This document shows positions 63,313-64,000 of a stretch of DNA of 64,000 nt, piece after piece. Origin of the DNA: a virus. The DNA is taken from IMG/VR virus record IMGVR_UViG_3300044608_002890, one strand, 5' to 3'. The position numbers were made by a program, and so were the translations under genes. The notes beneath the pieces were generated by a model, which was not told where the DNA came from, did no database searches, and was given only the letters and a program-made list of their open reading frames with translations. The first letter of the stretch is position 1; every line of letters begins with the position of its first letter.

Positions 63313-63485
63313 ACTGGATGGACCTAGTACAAATCGTTCTGCTGTTGCTTGCCTGTGTAGCCTGTTACTTCAAAGGGTTGGGGCAGGGCGTACAAGATGC
63401 CCTGGATTTCTGCGTAAGGGAAAAACTGGTGGATGAGCACTTGCTGCATACAAAGATGAAACGGATCGCAGAAGATGATGAGTAA
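63309..63485 (+). CDS. 58-aa membrane-anchored protein
   Basis: ATGA overlap; N-terminal TM. Confidence 0.45.
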   Translation: MNWMDLVQIVLLLLACVACYFKGLGQGVQDALDFCVREKLVDEHLLHTKMKRIAEDDE

Positions 63486-63522
63486 TCATGTAAGTCATTG
63501 AAGGACAAGCACAAAATACTGC

Positions 63523-63551
63523 TTGACAAAAACGTCAAAATCTGCCATAAT
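63523..63551 (+). promoter_or_regulatory. Sigma70-like promoter
   Basis: TTGACA-17 bp-CATAAT. Confidence 0.65.
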
Positions 63552-63573
63552 AGCATCATTGCATGAGGAAATT

Positions 63574-63948
63574 ATGGCATATCAAATTGGATCTCAGGTA
63601 GAAATTCAGACTCAGCGCCCTAGCATTGTCCTGGGTCGAGATTTTGATCGGCACACCTATAGGGGTGTTGTCGTACAAACGCCACACTGGCTTGACAAAA
63701 ACTATGTAAGCGTCAATACTGGTAATCCAGAACATCCAGTCAGCCACATTCACCAAAGCGTTATTGTTGGCTTCGTTCAGCCCGAAGTCGATGTAGGCAT
63801 TCGAGTATTTCGAGTGACCAGCAAGAGCAAGGGCAAGAGCTATGAAGTAACTGTGCATGCTGGTCGAGTCAGCTGCGATTGTGTGGGCTTTCAGTTTCAT
63901 CGTTATTGTCGGCATTCAACTGCTGTGAAAGCAAAACTAGGAATTTGA
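63574..63948 (+). CDS. Hypothetical protein with a C-terminal SWIM zinc finger
   Basis: CDCVGFQFHRYCRH (CxCx7CxH); GAGGA SD. Confidence 0.7.
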   Translation: MAYQIGSQVEIQTQRPSIVLGRDFDRHTYRGVVVQTPHWLDKNYVSVNTGNPEHPVSHIHQSVIVGFVQPEVDVGIRVFRVTSKSKGKSYEVTVHAGRVSCDCVGFQFHRYCRHSTAVKAKLGI

Positions 63949-64000
63949 CATGCAAATTATATTCAAAAAGGGAAGTTATATCACCCATGCAGTAGGTGGT

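Noticed and set aside
63950-64000. ORF starting at the window end
   Set aside because: Only 17 codons are visible; cannot be assigned

Overview
A 64-kb segment of a large T4-superfamily (T4-like myovirus) bacteriophage genome, standard genetic code, almost entirely + strand except a minus-strand block at about 49.3-57.3 kb. The T4 core is present in recognisable order: head module (gp20 portal, truncated at the window edge; gp67/68-like; gp21; gp22; gp23), gp3, uvsY, uvsW, gp55, gp47/46, gp45/44/62, regA, gp43, uvsX and gp41. Accessory islands lie between the core genes: (1) a 7-deazaguanine DNA-modification cluster (queE, folE, TGT-fold dpdA, a QueD paralog with the DpdL-type LxxxHRHxF motif, queD, yhhQ; no queC in the window) interrupted by a cupin, a GT-B glycosyltransferase and gmd, with a preQ1-I-like riboswitch candidate before queD; (2) a glycan island with glycosyltransferases, methyltransferases, a nucleotidyltransferase, a cupin and a RuBisCO-like protein; (3) host-like auxiliary genes (dadA, def, hsp20 with a ROSE-like thermometer, GDP-mannose epimerase, pstS, GGQ release-factor domain, class III nucleotide cyclase); (4) 27 tRNA genes covering all 20 amino acids, several atypical, containing five copies of a conserved, covarying 14-20 bp inverted-repeat stem that brackets unrelated structured cargo sequences (a candidate undescribed ncRNA cassette array); (5) a probably late-expressed minus-strand block of secreted/membrane proteins including an Asn/Thr-rich repeat protein. 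The host is probably a proteobacterium (inference). All calls come from motif recognition and manual alignment; no database search was run.
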